A DNA stretch of 64,000 nt. It comes from an uncultured bacterium (GTDB taxonomy: Bacteria > Patescibacteriota > Gracilibacteria > UM-FILTER-43-11). A model generated the notes under the pieces. The model was not told the origin of the DNA, did not search any database, and worked only from the letters and a program-made list of their open reading frames with translations. Where the stretch lies: contig CBDUQS010000001.1 of NCBI GenBank assembly GCA_965369815.1, forward strand, positions 4,108 through 68,107, in the 5' to 3' direction. The first letter of the stretch is position 1. Every line of letters begins with the position of its first letter. Positions 63,783-64,000 of the stretch are shown one piece after another. A program made the translations under genes and the position numbers.

Positions 63783-63827
63783 AAAAAATGCAGAGAGGGT
63801 TTTCTAACCCGCGATGCATTTTTTTTA
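63783..63827. terminator. bidirectional terminator between ndk and a convergent gene
   Basis: aaaaatgca pairs with tgcattttt as the outer stem, with gggtt/aaccc inside. It is flanked by A- and T-runs. Confidence 0.7.
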
Positions 63828-64000
63828 TTCCGTATAAATCAGCGTCACCTTAATAATTCCTAAGCTATCTTGTTCAATCCCAATTCCTAGATTTTTCCAT
63901 TTAATGTCCTGAACTTGAACATTTCCACTAACTTGGTCTAGAAGGTCAGAAAAGCTGTTATTCCCCATGATATAAGTCCCAAGAGAGGCCGTCACACCAG
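63825..64000 (-). CDS. 3' end of an unidentified convergent gene (partial)
   Basis: Hand translation of the minus strand gives ...GVTASLGTYIMGNNSFSDLLDQVSGNVQVQDIKWKNLGIGIEQDSLGIIKVTLIYTE*. The frame is open to the window edge. Confidence 0.4.
   Translation of the reverse strand, partial: GVTASLGTYIMGNNSFSDLLDQVSGNVQVQDIKWKNLGIGIEQDSLGIIKVTLIYTE

Overview
This is an AT-rich bacterial chromosomal window. GC looks like the high 30s % from hand-counted sample lines. It uses the standard genetic code and is densely packed with about 50 credible CDS. I recognised no rRNA, tRNA, CRISPR array, transposase or integrase.

Housekeeping genes: aroE, hisS, lepB, coaE, gatB, clpP, tgt, an arfB-like gene, aspS, tsaC, carB, a Glu dehydrogenase, alr, ftsL-rsmH, an M16 peptidase and ndk.

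Lineage-specific envelope and signalling genes are interleaved with these:
- a DUF4012 protein
- a four-helix-bundle (rRNA-IVS/Avd-like) gene
- a STAS protein plus an anti-sigma-type kinase
- two giant WG-repeat/TPR proteins
- a GGDEF protein
- a co-oriented block of about 21.7 kb (33.2-54.8 kb) encoding a type IV pilus-like machine with cell-wall enzymes: LysM-M23, a DUF11-like giant, pilB, a 909-aa secreted protein, 2 minor pilins, a PilN-like/SLH fusion, a PilO-like protein, pilC, a pilin, a pseudopilin, a PilX-like protein, a vWA-like protein and an SLH-SH3-amidase

The gene content and style suggest an uncultivated monoderm, Patescibacteria/CPR-like organism. The cues are DUF4012, a free-standing IVS protein, SD-poor start regions, SLH anchors and orphan biosynthetic genes. 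This is inference only.

Most notable observations:
1. The pilus block is bracketed by the 3' end of a yqeY-family gene and a diverged relic copy of that same 3' end, an island/att-like signature.
2. A GC-rich structured RNA candidate of about 187 nt has its own consensus promoter and no family I can name.
3. A 44-aa hydrophobic peptide gene is flanked by 30-bp inverted repeats, a type I toxin-like fold-back architecture.
4. The four-helix-bundle gene is flanked by 23-bp inverted repeats outside any rRNA.
5. ATTTCGR heptamer arrays are dispersed in spacers and sit in frame inside carB, alr and rsmH.
6. A 60-bp leader is duplicated in front of two small membrane-protein genes.
7. A high-GC two-gene islet (59.7-61.9 kb) looks horizontally acquired.
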